Made by a program: the position numbers and the translations under genes. Shown in pieces: positions 1-9,876 of a stretch of DNA of 64,000 bases. How positions within the stretch are numbered: position 1 is the stretch's first letter; the number at the start of each line of letters is the position of its first letter. The stretch is taken from IMG/VR virus record IMGVR_UViG_3300029288_000149, positions 1 through 64,000 of that record. One strand, given 5' to 3'. The notes beneath the pieces are model-generated. The model did not search any database, was not told the DNA's origin, and saw nothing but the letters and a program-made list of their open reading frames with translations. The DNA is from a virus (taxonomy: Duplodnaviria > Caudoviricetes).

Positions 1-1430
1 AACCCTTGTGTCTTTGCCCAATCACTCAACATTTGAATCCACTTAACAAACTCGATAGGTTCTTCAGGCACACTGGGTAAGACAACTATAACATATTCTG
101 GATAGGTTATGTTGATCCACTCATTTAGCAGCTTGGAAATCCTTACAAACTTCTCGTCTCCAATGGTACGTTCTTCGTACACATTAAATTCACCTAAACC
201 AGCATTACGTAAGGCAGAAGCGTGTTTACCTGCTCCTGCTCTTACTGTTAGGTTGGAAATCAATGTTCTTACAAGATAGAGTGGTTTGGCTTCCTCACCA
301 CCATAATCATGACTGACCAATAAAGGCTCAGGATCAATTGCACCATAAGCATAACCTCCAGGCACTTGTGGAGCACCAGATGCAAGTCTTATCTCAAAGT
401 GTAAGTGTGGTCCCGTTGAATAACCAGAATATGGATCAGAAGTTGCTCCACCTGTTTTACCAATAAGCTGTTTACCAATTACAATATCGTCAACTTTTAC
501 CAAACGTTCAGACAAGTGACCATAGATAAGCGTAATACCATTTGCACACTGTATACGAATCTGACGTCCGTATCCGGTCTCCTCTTTTCTGTCTTCAGAG
601 ACAACCACTATACCGTCCATAGTACAGTACACATTACTTCCTACAGGAGTTGCCCAATCAATACCATTGTGTCCTTTGGATTTAGTATACCACTGTGGAT
701 TTTCACCAAAGTGTTGCGATATTGTAAATATGCCTTCATCAACAGGATAAAACATTTTCATTGTGTCCTCCACTTCAGAATTTCTCTCTACTATTACGTC
801 AATGTCTTTGGTAATCTCTTTGAGATTTAATGCTCTTGGACCAAGAACTTGCATATAACGTGGTACTTTACCATAAGGTAACATTTCAGCCCAACCACCA
901 CTTATCTCATTAAGCAGCTTCACAACCCACGGTTCAATGTCAGACAACTTCTTAATTGTCCTACCACCCGCATACAAATGTTGTGCTAACATAAATTCGT
1001 GATTCCAACACCAATCAGGCTTTGCGGGTGCTATGTTCTCTTCCCACCAAGGTCGGAATGTGTAAATTATTGATAATCTGTCAAGTGTTACGTCAATTCT
1101 TGTGAGCAATTCGTGTAATTCGTCAGCTTGTTGTTGTGGAGGTTTTATGTTATCCTTCTCCATATCCAATAGGAATGGTAATTCGCCATCCTCTGCAGGA
1201 TACAAAGACATTATTCTGTCATAATTCTGTATTGGAGACCACTCTGCCTTTGGGAATGCATAAACACCTCTTGGAAATATTCCTAAAGACTTTCCGAATT
1301 GCTCATCAAATAGAGGATCTTTGGGATTATCTCCATCAACCAATTTGAACCAAACACCATTTATGTTACCAGCAATGGCTTCATAGTTGATAATCTTGTT
1401 AGCTTGCCACAGATCTAGATATACCTTCAC
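1..1430 (-). CDS. Endolysin: GH25 muramidase-like N-terminus + M23 peptidase + probable SH3-like cell-wall-binding C-terminus; runs off the window edge
   Basis: Not in the ORF track because it has no stop in the window. Translated by hand from GTG at 1430 (GTGA overlap with the upstream stop, GAGGAG RBS). GH25-like segment YLDLWQANKIINY...GVWFKLVDG...DPLF...RGVYAF...GELPFLLDME; M23 motifs HNGIDW, YGHLS and TGPHLHFE. Confidence 0.85.
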   Translation of the reverse strand, partial: MKVYLDLWQANKIINYEAIAGNINGVWFKLVDGDNPKDPLFDEQFGKSLGIFPRGVYAFPKAEWSPIQNYDRIMSLYPAEDGELPFLLDMEKDNIKPPQQQADELHELLTRIDVTLDRLSIIYTFRPWWEENIAPAKPDWCWNHEFMLAQHLYAGGRTIKKLSDIEPWVVKLLNEISGGWAEMLPYGKVPRYMQVLGPRALNLKEITKDIDVIVERNSEVEDTMKMFYPVDEGIFTISQHFGENPQWYTKSKGHNGIDWATPVGSNVYCTMDGIVVVSEDRKEETGYGRQIRIQCANGITLIYGHLSERLVKVDDIVIGKQLIGKTGGATSDPYSGYSTGPHLHFEIRLASGAPQVPGGYAYGAIDPEPLLVSHDYGGEEAKPLYLVRTLISNLTVRAGAGKHASALRNAGLGEFNVYEERTIGDEKFVRISKLLNEWINITYPEYVIVVLPSVPEEPIEFVKWIQMLSDWAKTQG

Positions 1431-1840
1431 GGGATAATCAACTCCTCACAATCAGCAACCTTTACATCCTCCATCTTGACAGGTGTTATGTTTGCTTTCT
1501 GTAATTGACCAACCAAAGCATTTATCAAGGCTTGATAATTCTTTATCTGACACTTAAGATAGACAACAGTTTGTTCAGTTTTCTTCTGCATCTGGTTTGT
1601 CTTCTTCTGTTCGTCTTGAAGTTTTGTGATATCTTCTCTCAATTCATCAAGAATAGCTTCAAGTTTCTCAGTATAGGTTAGTTCTTCTCCCTTTGCTTGA
1701 AATTTCTCTTTATTTATAGTATACTTATCCATTTTCCTAGACTTCAGCCATAAAGCACCAGAAGACAAAAGAGATACTAACAAAAGTATAATCCCTATCC
1801 ATTCTTTTATAATGCTTACTGTTGTAGTGTTAGATTCCAT
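1427..1840 (-). CDS. Single-TM coiled-coil membrane protein, holin-like
   Basis: ATG 1840 follows a GGAG RBS. N-terminal hydrophobic helix WIGIILLLVSLLSSGALWL then a coiled coil. Directly upstream of the endolysin. Confidence 0.55.
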   Translation of the reverse strand: MESNTTTVSIIKEWIGIILLLVSLLSSGALWLKSRKMDKYTINKEKFQAKGEELTYTEKLEAILDELREDITKLQDEQKKTNQMQKKTEQTVVYLKCQIKNYQALINALVGQLQKANITPVKMEDVKVADCEELIIP

Positions 1841-1842
1841 GA

Positions 1843-2088
1843 TTATCTCCTGTATATGTTTCTTATGTTCGCACCTGTTGCCATTATGACTGTGAATAGT
1901 GTGATCAAAATTCTGATAGGAACTGCTCCAAACCAATAATTTTCACTAACACTCATAGGAATAAATGTTCTTATCAATAAATAAGAATAAGTTATGGAAG
2001 CTAAACCTAACACAACAGCTGAAGCAATCTTAATCCACGCATAAGAATAATCCTTGTTTAGTTTCAACCATTTTATGGTGTCTAACAC
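1843..2088 (-). CDS. Small two-TM membrane protein, holin candidate
   Basis: 81 aa with two hydrophobic stretches and a basic C-terminus (RNIYRR), located in the lysis cassette. Confidence 0.55.
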   Translation of the reverse strand: MLDTIKWLKLNKDYSYAWIKIASAVVLGLASITYSYLLIRTFIPMSVSENYWFGAVPIRILITLFTVIMATGANIRNIYRR

Positions 2089-2164
2089 ACCCTTAACACC
2101 AAAGATGACTTATATCCGAAAAAATTAATTCATCAGTCATTTTCTCCTACCTTTCTCATTGATT

Positions 2165-3319
2165 TCAGAATTCAGCAACAAACCGAACAGTAACTGTTTC
2201 TGTGTTTACGCCTCCAGCCTCCCATTTTAAAACAAAACAATCAGAGATAATAGCGACTGGAGCAACTGCATTGAAAAATATATTTACTACTTGTGTATAG
2301 AGTACTATTGCTTTTCTTGTATTATAAGCTGCATAAGGATGGATGACAACAGTAGCACCCACCGCAGCGGTGTCTTTTAAATTAAGTAGAAGGAAAAGTC
2401 CATTGACCCCAACACCTACCCCATCTATAAATTCAATATCCACATATCCTGCTAGATTAACCGTTGGACTATTTGTAGTAATGGTATCTCCTGATTGCCA
2501 AGTTACAGGTACATTCTCAGTTAGAGTAATCGTAGACGTATCATTTGAGGTTAAAATAAGCCCATATTCTCCTCTTGTAATGTTGTGTAACCGTTGTCTG
2601 GCTAACAATGTTGCAAGAGGCTTTAAAGATGTTTTGTTACCTGAGACATGAGTGTAGGTTATGACAGCCCCACTTGGAGCTCCATTTATTGTTCCAGTCC
2701 ATCCGGAACTACCTGCGTTACCAAATCCAAAAACATCAGCTACTCCATAGGCAGGAGTTACCTTTCCATCCCCAACTGCAACAAACGGATCAGCAAGAGT
2801 TCCAGCTCCAGTAACTGTAACTCCATCTCCCTGCTGGTCTCCAGTATTTGTACCCGAAGTATTTCCAATAACCGTTTTCTCAGCATCTGTTACATAATTG
2901 TCGTCATCTCCCCTGACAGGTTCTAAGTCAGCTAATGCAACACCAGAATCCTTTATCAGCTTACCAGTCAGACCATCAAACAGTGGTAAATTATCACCAA
3001 CAGCACCTTCCGGACCAACAACATCTCCATCACCAGCTGATGGTGCAACAAACTCCAAACCAGTTTCTCCAACGTTTACCTTGACTAATTTACCACCTTG
3101 ATCTGTATAAGCTGCAGGTACATCAGCAAGGTCTATGAACGCATCTACACTACCACTACCTCCAAGTGATTTCCAAATCGTACCATTCCACACATAAACT
3201 GTGTCTAAGTCTGTATCATAGAAAGTAGCACCAATACCGTCTGTTGGTAAAGAGGCTGCCAAGGCTGTTCGCTCAACAGTAGTACCAATGTACAAATTTC
3301 TTGCGTGTGTTCTAAGCAT
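2165..3319 (-). CDS. Tail fibre / receptor-binding-like structural protein
   Basis: Gly/Thr/Asp-rich beta-type sequence with segments typical of phage fibre modules (YDTDLDTVYVWNGTIW, GKLVKVNVGETGLEF, GDVVGP, DDNYVTDAEK). Confidence 0.6.
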   Translation of the reverse strand: MLRTHARNLYIGTTVERTALAASLPTDGIGATFYDTDLDTVYVWNGTIWKSLGGSGSVDAFIDLADVPAAYTDQGGKLVKVNVGETGLEFVAPSAGDGDVVGPEGAVGDNLPLFDGLTGKLIKDSGVALADLEPVRGDDDNYVTDAEKTVIGNTSGTNTGDQQGDGVTVTGAGTLADPFVAVGDGKVTPAYGVADVFGFGNAGSSGWTGTINGAPSGAVITYTHVSGNKTSLKPLATLLARQRLHNITRGEYGLILTSNDTSTITLTENVPVTWQSGDTITTNSPTVNLAGYVDIEFIDGVGVGVNGLFLLLNLKDTAAVGATVVIHPYAAYNTRKAIVLYTQVVNIFFNAVAPVAIISDCFVLKWEAGGVNTETVTVRFVAEF

Positions 3320-3361
3320 ATTAACCTCTAAGTAAATTTACCTTACAAAGAAGAGACAAAG

Positions 3362-4105
3362 TCACTTTATGTTGATTGTAATTCCAGAAAACACACACAC
3401 AAATTCCTCAAACTTCTTATTACCAAGAAATTCCTTGACTTCTGGTAATATGGACATCTCGGGTGCCTCATTCTTTGTTATTTGTGAATTTGTTATGTGC
3501 TTCATACGCATATGAGCTATTGTACTTCTGTACAATGTCTTTGCTTGGATTCTGTTTATCTTCAATTTACGTACTAACTCACTTACAATACCACGACTCT
3601 TATTATGTATACCATCTCTGGTATGTACATAAATCAATTTAGTCACATTCCCGACAACAGCAGGTTTCAAACTTGGAAATCTATTTATATTCCTGAGTAT
3701 CAAGTCAGCGACATAACAATCTTCCTCAATATCAGACACATCAAACGTTTGAAGTAATGAAGAATTCTCTATATCTTCTAAGGTAGTAATCTCACAAGCA
3801 CCTAGTATCTTATCCTTTACGTACTGAGTTGTGCAAGAATTACGTATTACGGTTGAGAAGTAAGTGTGTATGTTGGAAATATCATGATTATAATGTTCTA
3901 AGGAAGCCATTACCTTCATAAGAGCACTTTGTGTCAAATCTTCTGGAGAATCAGGAGTATATCTACGTGCTATGTACTCTGCTAAAGGTCTTGTCTCCTC
4001 AAGAATGCTATCTAAGGTATCGTTATCACGTGTGTCCAACCATGACTTCACAAGTTCTGCTACTCTCACAGAGTCAAATATTTTCAATTGGAATCCTCTC
4101 TTCAA
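3362..4105 (-). CDS. Sigma-70-like RNA polymerase sigma factor
   Basis: Region-2-like segment LAEYIARRY...EDLTQSALMKVMASLEHYN...TYFSTVIRN. Confidence 0.65.
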   Translation of the reverse strand: MKRGFQLKIFDSVRVAELVKSWLDTRDNDTLDSILEETRPLAEYIARRYTPDSPEDLTQSALMKVMASLEHYNHDISNIHTYFSTVIRNSCTTQYVKDKILGACEITTLEDIENSSLLQTFDVSDIEEDCYVADLILRNINRFPSLKPAVVGNVTKLIYVHTRDGIHNKSRGIVSELVRKLKINRIQAKTLYRSTIAHMRMKHITNSQITKNEAPEMSILPEVKEFLGNKKFEEFVCVFSGITINIK

Positions 4106-5033
4106 AGACTGTTGGATATCTCATCGTCATATTAATTCTTGGAATTTGCAAGTTCGATGTCATATGAGGTAAGGTGTCTAATAAAGATATAAAGGCATTC
4201 CTGAGGAAGTAGTTCTTTACCAAATTCTTATCGGCTGGTTTGTAATACTTCAATTCTTCATTTATTGCAAACCTTGCACCAGTCCTGTCTTGTGTTAGAT
4301 TCATCACCCTATAATTCTTTACGAGCCTCTCGTATCCAAATTCTCTTATACGTTCAGCAGTCTTACCTTTGAATATCCCCTGTTCTATGTTACTAAACAA
4401 TGCAATTATTGAATCAAATTCGTTAAGTAATTTGGTCGCAGTTACTTCACCTACTTTGTATATTCCAGGTATATTGTCACTTCCATCCCCTTGCAGTGCT
4501 TTCCACCAAACAAACTTTGACAACTTTATTCCGTACTCTTCTTCGAATTTAGCAACATCATAAAGCACATTCTTAGTAGGACTCAGTACTTTGGTAGTCG
4601 GAGACAAAGATTGTAATAAATCCTTGTCACCAGTAACTATGATATTCTCAGTGTGTGACGATATTAAAGACGCTTGGTGTAATAAGTCGTCTGCTTCAAT
4701 ATAATTTCTCCTGACACTCAGTATTCCCATTCTTGGTAATGTATAGTTATGCAATTCATTCATCTGACGATTGAAGTCAGCACGTTCTTCTGGATCTTCA
4801 TCCTTGTGTCTGTTTATCTTGTATTCTGGTACAAGATATCTTCTGAACTTTGGAACTCTACCGTCCCATGCTACGATTATACTGACAGGTTTGTACTTCT
4901 TTATAAACGATTCCAAGACCTTGAGAAAACCATAAGTTACTGAGACATCCTGTCCTCTGTTTGACAGTTGGAATACAAATTTACAACGGTATGCAAGATT
5001 ATTTCCATCTATCAATAATAAAGTATCAGACAT
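4074..5033 (-). CDS. 5'-3' exonuclease / flap endonuclease (PolI N-terminal or T4 RNase H type)
   Basis: Motifs LLIDGNNLAYR, WDG, YKINR, EADD, TGDKDLLQ, GDGSDNIPG and VGEVTA (H3TH). Confidence 0.93.
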   Translation of the reverse strand: MSDTLLLIDGNNLAYRCKFVFQLSNRGQDVSVTYGFLKVLESFIKKYKPVSIIVAWDGRVPKFRRYLVPEYKINRHKDEDPEERADFNRQMNELHNYTLPRMGILSVRRNYIEADDLLHQASLISSHTENIIVTGDKDLLQSLSPTTKVLSPTKNVLYDVAKFEEEYGIKLSKFVWWKALQGDGSDNIPGIYKVGEVTATKLLNEFDSIIALFSNIEQGIFKGKTAERIREFGYERLVKNYRVMNLTQDRTGARFAINEELKYYKPADKNLVKNYFLRNAFISLLDTLPHMTSNLQIPRINMTMRYPTVFEERIPIENI

Positions 5034-5039
5034 ACTATC

Positions 5040-6113
5040 CTATTCGTCAGTAGTTGTGTCTTCTGTCAAATCTTCCGTGTCATCAGTACTGTCAATTATT
5101 TGGGAATTGGAAATAAGATCAGCAATCAAATCGTAATTCTTGTCGTAAACAGTTGACCATGTTGACAATTGGAATTTGTCAGGTATACCTTCAATTCTGT
5201 ACCATGATCCAGATTGTTCTAACAACTTAGCATCCTTCAAATAGTAGAATGATGCCAATTCGTCATCAATGCCGTGACCAAAGAAGATTGGTAATGCAGC
5301 ACACAAATAAGGTGGTGCCAATTTATTCTTGATAACTTGTGCTCTAGATTCGATTCCGACTATCTTACCACTCTCTTTGATCTTATGTCCCATCTTCAAC
5401 TGAATACGTATTGAGGCATAGAATCCTACTGCCTTGCCTCCAAATGTGGTAACATTATCACCAAACATCACTCCAATCTTCTCACGAGTTTGGTTGAGGA
5501 ATAAGACAGCAATATGTTCTTTTGCCAATTGACGAGCAAATTTCCGCAAACCTTGGGATATCAATTGAGCATGACGTCCCATAGAAGCCTTACCGTACTC
5601 AGATTCCATCTCAAGATTAGAAGAAGTAGCAGCTACAGAATCCCAAATTATCAACATCTTCGAATCCTTCGATCTTGCTGCCTTTGCCTTTATTGAACTT
5701 TCGAACAAGTCAAAGACATCTTCAATTGTGTCTGGTGCTGAGTAGATGAGATTGTCTATATCTACTCCAACAGCTTTCATTATAGCCAAACTGACGGCTG
5801 ATTCTGTATCGGCATAAACAACAGGTATAGAATCTTGTTGTGCAATGGCAGCACATTGAGCAGCTATAAGGGACTTACCTGTTGAATTATCACCGTAAAT
5901 TTCTGTAATTCTTCCATAAGGCAATCCTCCACCCATGATGGTATCCAAAGCCAAACAGCCTGTAGATAACCATTCTGTTACAACACAAGGAGAATTTTCA
6001 TCAGACAATAAACTGACGTCAAACTTGTGGGACTTCTTAGTGCTCAAATCCTTGAGTATGTTACTTACTAATTCGTTAGGTTCTTTTTTAGTATTCTCTG
6101 ATTGGTTTGACAT
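5040..6113 (-). CDS. recA: RecA/UvsX recombinase
   Basis: STGCLALD, GGLPYGRITEIYGDNSTGKS (Walker A), IWDSVAA, LFLNQTREKIG, GGKAVGFYASIR and KNKLAPP. Confidence 0.95.
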   Translation of the reverse strand: MSNQSENTKKEPNELVSNILKDLSTKKSHKFDVSLLSDENSPCVVTEWLSTGCLALDTIMGGGLPYGRITEIYGDNSTGKSLIAAQCAAIAQQDSIPVVYADTESAVSLAIMKAVGVDIDNLIYSAPDTIEDVFDLFESSIKAKAARSKDSKMLIIWDSVAATSSNLEMESEYGKASMGRHAQLISQGLRKFARQLAKEHIAVLFLNQTREKIGVMFGDNVTTFGGKAVGFYASIRIQLKMGHKIKESGKIVGIESRAQVIKNKLAPPYLCAALPIFFGHGIDDELASFYYLKDAKLLEQSGSWYRIEGIPDKFQLSTWSTVYDKNYDLIADLISNSQIIDSTDDTEDLTEDTTTDE

Positions 6114-7353
6114 TCTCTACCTCACATGTGTGTTGTATATCAGCAAATAAATTACCAAGACTTCTTATTTCCTTATCGGACTTTCCTATACTGTCTAGAT
6201 AGGCTGTAAGCATTTCAGCAGGTTTCATCATTGTATCTAAGATTATACCTCTTTTTGATCCCTGCTCTGTTGCAAGGTCTTCAGGTCTTTTTACAGTAAA
6301 ACGATTTATAAGGAATACACCTTTATCAAGAAGATAAGTCTTTATCTTATCTTCATCTAACGATAAATGTGTTATTGTGTCTGCTGGGGTTATTATGACT
6401 CTTACAACTGCACCGTCTAGACTCTTGTGGGTGTCTATCTTATTCAATATTTTATCAGTAGCTTCCTTACCTCTCACATTGTATTCTAATGTATAGAATG
6501 GTCTAGCATTGACGTCAATAAATTCCCAAGTTACCTTCTTATCGATTATTTCCAATAAGACAAAACCTTTGCTGTCCTTCTCCTCACCAAAGTCCACCCT
6601 ATCTATTGAGCCTGAATAAACTATTGGAGGCACATACTCCATGTCTTTGGAAATATTCTGATGTTTGTGTATGTGACCAAGTGCTACATAATCCCAGACA
6701 GGTAGTACCAGTTCTTCTAATGATACTGCTGCCTCATAAGCACTAACAAGTAAAGGACGTTCTGATCCAAATTGACAACCCTCCACTGTGAAGTGACCAA
6801 GTAATATTGTTGGTAATGTTTTGTCAACCCTCTTTGCCAATTTCTGTATCCTCGAAGTCGTCTCTTCCTTCAACAATCTTGACATTTCTGTTGTGTCAAT
6901 TCTTCCTGATGTCTTTAAGTTTATCCAAGATTTGTTCGGATACGGTATAGTTACCACCTGCACAACACCACTCTTAGTTTCGATCTGTAGAATCTCACAA
7001 TTCTTTGCTATTACGACATCCTCTACCTCGAGTGTCTTGTAAATTTCCAAAGCTGAGGCTCTGTCACCTCCAGGCATATCATGATTACCTACGAGAAGTA
7101 CGACAGGACAATGCTTTCTCAACCGTAATATACGCTTCCCGAATTCATTGACGTGAGATTGATTCGGACTGTGTCTATGAAAGGCATCACCAGCGAAGAG
7201 AGCTAAATCTATATTCTCTTCGACAGCCATGTCTATCATAGCGTCAAGTGAATCCAGCACATCCAGAGTACGTATATTCAATTTCGTATCTGGATCTATG
7301 GTTCCATGAGTATCTATTCCTACGTGAGTGTCTGAGAAGTGCAGTATTTTCAT
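6088..7353 (-). CDS. sbcD: SbcD/Mre11-family metallophosphoesterase nuclease
   Basis: Motifs HFSDTHVG, AGDAFH, GNHD, GHF, YVALGHIH and YSGS...FGEE. Confidence 0.9.
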   Translation of the reverse strand: MKILHFSDTHVGIDTHGTIDPDTKLNIRTLDVLDSLDAMIDMAVEENIDLALFAGDAFHRHSPNQSHVNEFGKRILRLRKHCPVVLLVGNHDMPGGDRASALEIYKTLEVEDVVIAKNCEILQIETKSGVVQVVTIPYPNKSWINLKTSGRIDTTEMSRLLKEETTSRIQKLAKRVDKTLPTILLGHFTVEGCQFGSERPLLVSAYEAAVSLEELVLPVWDYVALGHIHKHQNISKDMEYVPPIVYSGSIDRVDFGEEKDSKGFVLLEIIDKKVTWEFIDVNARPFYTLEYNVRGKEATDKILNKIDTHKSLDGAVVRVIITPADTITHLSLDEDKIKTYLLDKGVFLINRFTVKRPEDLATEQGSKRGIILDTMMKPAEMLTAYLDSIGKSDKEIRSLGNLFADIQHTCEVENVKPIREY

Positions 7354-7414
7354 CTTTATCCTAAAGGGTGGCTGAGTTTCTTCTCAACCACCCTTACGAA
7401 CATAAGGCAACCAA

Positions 7415-8377
7415 TTACCTTCCCGGTCTACGTAAACTCCTACGTATGGTGCGGGTATTTATTTCATCCGCAACCGGATTGGCAGCAGGTGTGTCTTCAT
7501 CTTCGAGATCATCCTCTTCCTCTTCTTCAGGATCAGATGCTTTGTGTCTGGTTACAGCACCGACCCTTCCGAGAGGAGTAGCAGCAACTCGTACAACTGA
7601 TTTACCTTTAGGAAGTCTTGGAGGTCTTACCTCCTCTTCTTCCTCGGCTACTTCATCCAAGTCTTCATCCGCACTTTCGAATTCACGTTTGAGGCGGTCA
7701 TAAGGCAGTACATACAACACATGTCCCTTGGCAATTTCAGCGTCTTCTTCCTTGTTGTCAGACACTTCAACTGGAGTAAGATCACGTGCCTTGTCCAGCC
7801 ATTCCTTCACCTGATCTTCATCATCAGACAAAGGACTGGAATCTCGGCGAGGCTTGACTTGATACTCAGTTTCCAGCTTCTGTCCTTTACGTTCGATGAT
7901 GATGTCAATACCATCCTTGATATCGAATATGTCACCGTAATCCGGATCACTGATAAGACTTGAGATCTGTGAGAATACCATTACACCAGGTGTGAAAATT
8001 TGAGGTCCTACGTTCGGTTGATCACGATTGATCACATTCATCCAGAATTTACGCTTAACACGCAGTGTATTCGCGAGAGCGGTTGAAGCCTTGTCACCTG
8101 CTCTTTTCAGGTCTTCAATGTAATCACAAATTGGGCAGTCCAGTTCACCTTCACTTGTGAAGTTCGGACAGTAGAAATATTTCTTGTTGTCTGTGCCTGG
8201 CATCGTGTGTGTGCCTACTTGTTGATAAAAGAAGGTCATCTCACCAGTTTCAGGCATAATTCTGATAATAGACCTGCCATCCGGAGGAGAGAAGAAGCCA
8301 CCCCCACCAGAACGCAAATCTACCTTTGATAATTTGTCTCGCAATGCAGCAAGACGATCAGCATTACTTTTTACCAT
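7415..8377 (-). CDS. Single-stranded DNA-binding protein (gp32-like) with acidic tail
   Basis: IRIMP...H...CP...CPIC core and an acidic C-terminus; lies within the recombination cluster. Confidence 0.75.
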   Translation of the reverse strand: MVKSNADRLAALRDKLSKVDLRSGGGGFFSPPDGRSIIRIMPETGEMTFFYQQVGTHTMPGTDNKKYFYCPNFTSEGELDCPICDYIEDLKRAGDKASTALANTLRVKRKFWMNVINRDQPNVGPQIFTPGVMVFSQISSLISDPDYGDIFDIKDGIDIIIERKGQKLETEYQVKPRRDSSPLSDDEDQVKEWLDKARDLTPVEVSDNKEEDAEIAKGHVLYVLPYDRLKREFESADEDLDEVAEEEEEVRPPRLPKGKSVVRVAATPLGRVGAVTRHKASDPEEEEEDDLEDEDTPAANPVADEINTRTIRRSLRRPGR

Positions 8378-8459
8378 TTTAAACTCCTTCTTGGTTGAAT
8401 TAAGCAGAGCATGGGATACAATCCTTCGCTCATTCTCTAAGTAATATAACTTGTCAACG

Positions 8460-9071
8460 TTACTTCTCCGATAAACCCTCTCCTTCTGTGTGAAGACGTC
8501 TGCGTGTTATCGTTGACTTAAGTTTCTCTGTCGCTTGCTCGAGGTCAGATTCCTTTGTATGCATACCTTGCATATCATATTCATGTCGTAATTGGGAACC
8601 TAACGACTGTAACATCATAGCACGTTGTTCGAACGCTCTTACAATGGCTTTGAGAATGTTAAGGTCATAATCCGCATCCTCTTTTGCTGTCAGAGCTTTG
8701 ACACATTCTTCATCCCTGATAACCATAGACCTTACGACTGCCTCGGTGTACTTCTTACCATCAAGTTCCAGCTGCTGTCTGTAAGATTCGTCTGCCTGTG
8801 CAGTTTCCTGGTCATACAACATGGATTTCAATGCGGAAATTCTGTCTGCTTCAGCAGCCAGGATAGCAAAGAAGCCATACATAGAAGCCTGAGACGACAT
8901 CTCATCAGAGATAAGATTTTGGTCGATCATGAAGAGTTTACCAATATCGAACCTCTTCTTACCCTTCAGAGTTTTTACTACAATGACTGAACCGATTATT
9001 TCATCAATTACTGAATTCAGTGGTTCTTCACTTTTTGTTACGTTTGTGCCGTTTGCGGGTTGGTTTGTCAT
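8460..9071 (-). CDS. Helical recombination mediator, UvsY-like
   Basis: Predicted all-helical (KKYTEAVVRS..., AFEQRAMMLQSLG) and adjacent to SSB and RecA. Assignment rests on resemblance plus context. Confidence 0.5.
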   Translation of the reverse strand: MTNQPANGTNVTKSEEPLNSVIDEIIGSVIVVKTLKGKKRFDIGKLFMIDQNLISDEMSSQASMYGFFAILAAEADRISALKSMLYDQETAQADESYRQQLELDGKKYTEAVVRSMVIRDEECVKALTAKEDADYDLNILKAIVRAFEQRAMMLQSLGSQLRHEYDMQGMHTKESDLEQATEKLKSTITRRRLHTEGEGLSEK

Positions 9072-9315
9072 TCCTGCTCTCCTTGATATAAACTTCTGTT
9101 ACAAAATATGCAGATACTTCTCTATTGTTTATCGGTTCATTTCCAATAATTCTTGTGAACGTCAATTTGAAATTCTTATAATGCCAACGAGCAACAAGAC
9201 CAGTTGAATTTCTACCTGCGACTGTTATTCTGTACGGTCTACCATAAGTCTCTAACACAAGGTCAGAGTGCAATCCCATCAATTCCTCAGCAGTTGGTAC
9301 TTTATCAACCATCAA
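9028..9315 (-). CDS. Hypothetical protein
   Basis: 95-aa ORF with an AAGGAG RBS, tightly packed in the operon. Confidence 0.6.
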   Translation of the reverse strand: MMVDKVPTAEELMGLHSDLVLETYGRPYRITVAGRNSTGLVARWHYKNFKLTFTRIIGNEPINNREVSAYFVTEVYIKESRNDKPTRKRHKRNKK

Positions 9316-9876
9316 CTAACTCCTTGCTAGAGTAACACCTGTCTGGTTTTGATACTTACCCTTCTTGTCTGCATAAGACACGTTACAAACCTTCTCTGCT
9401 CGTAAGAATATAACTTGTGCAATGCCCTCTCCTGCATAAACCTTTACGGCTATAGGAGTAGTATTTGAAATCTCAATTGTAACTTGTCCTTCCCACTCGG
9501 GTTCAAGTGCTGTAAGGTTGACTACAAGTCCACAACGAGCATAGGTACTTTTACCGAGCACAATGGTAATAATATCCCTTGGTATCTTGAAATACTCTAC
9601 AGAGTGTGCAAGAACAAAGGAATTTGGTGGTATTAGACAAGTTTCTCCAACCAACGTTTCAAGTAATGTTTGATCAAATTCAGCCTTCGGATCAATAATA
9701 CCTCCTTCTGGTTTACGCTTGAACACCTTGAAAATATTTCCAAGAGTTAAATCATAACCATATGACGATACACCATAAGACAATCTGCCTGTAATACGTC
9801 CCTTACTGTAGAAAGGTTCTATCATACCTTTCTCTGCTAATTCAGTAATGGTACTATCCGGCAACACCATGAGCAT
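9316..9876 (-). CDS. dcd: dCTP deaminase
   Basis: SYGVSSYGYD, IPPNSFVLA, GKSTYARCG, EPEWEGQVTIEISN and YAGEGIAQ motifs. Confidence 0.95.
   Translation of the reverse strand: MLMVLPDSTITELAEKGMIEPFYSKGRITGRLSYGVSSYGYDLTLGNIFKVFKRKPEGGIIDPKAEFDQTLLETLVGETCLIPPNSFVLAHSVEYFKIPRDIITIVLGKSTYARCGLVVNLTALEPEWEGQVTIEISNTTPIAVKVYAGEGIAQVIFLRAEKVCNVSYADKKGKYQNQTGVTLARS

Noticed and set aside
516-1348. Plus-strand ORFs 516-830 and 1136-1348
   Set aside because: They lie opposite the endolysin gene that the ORF track missed.
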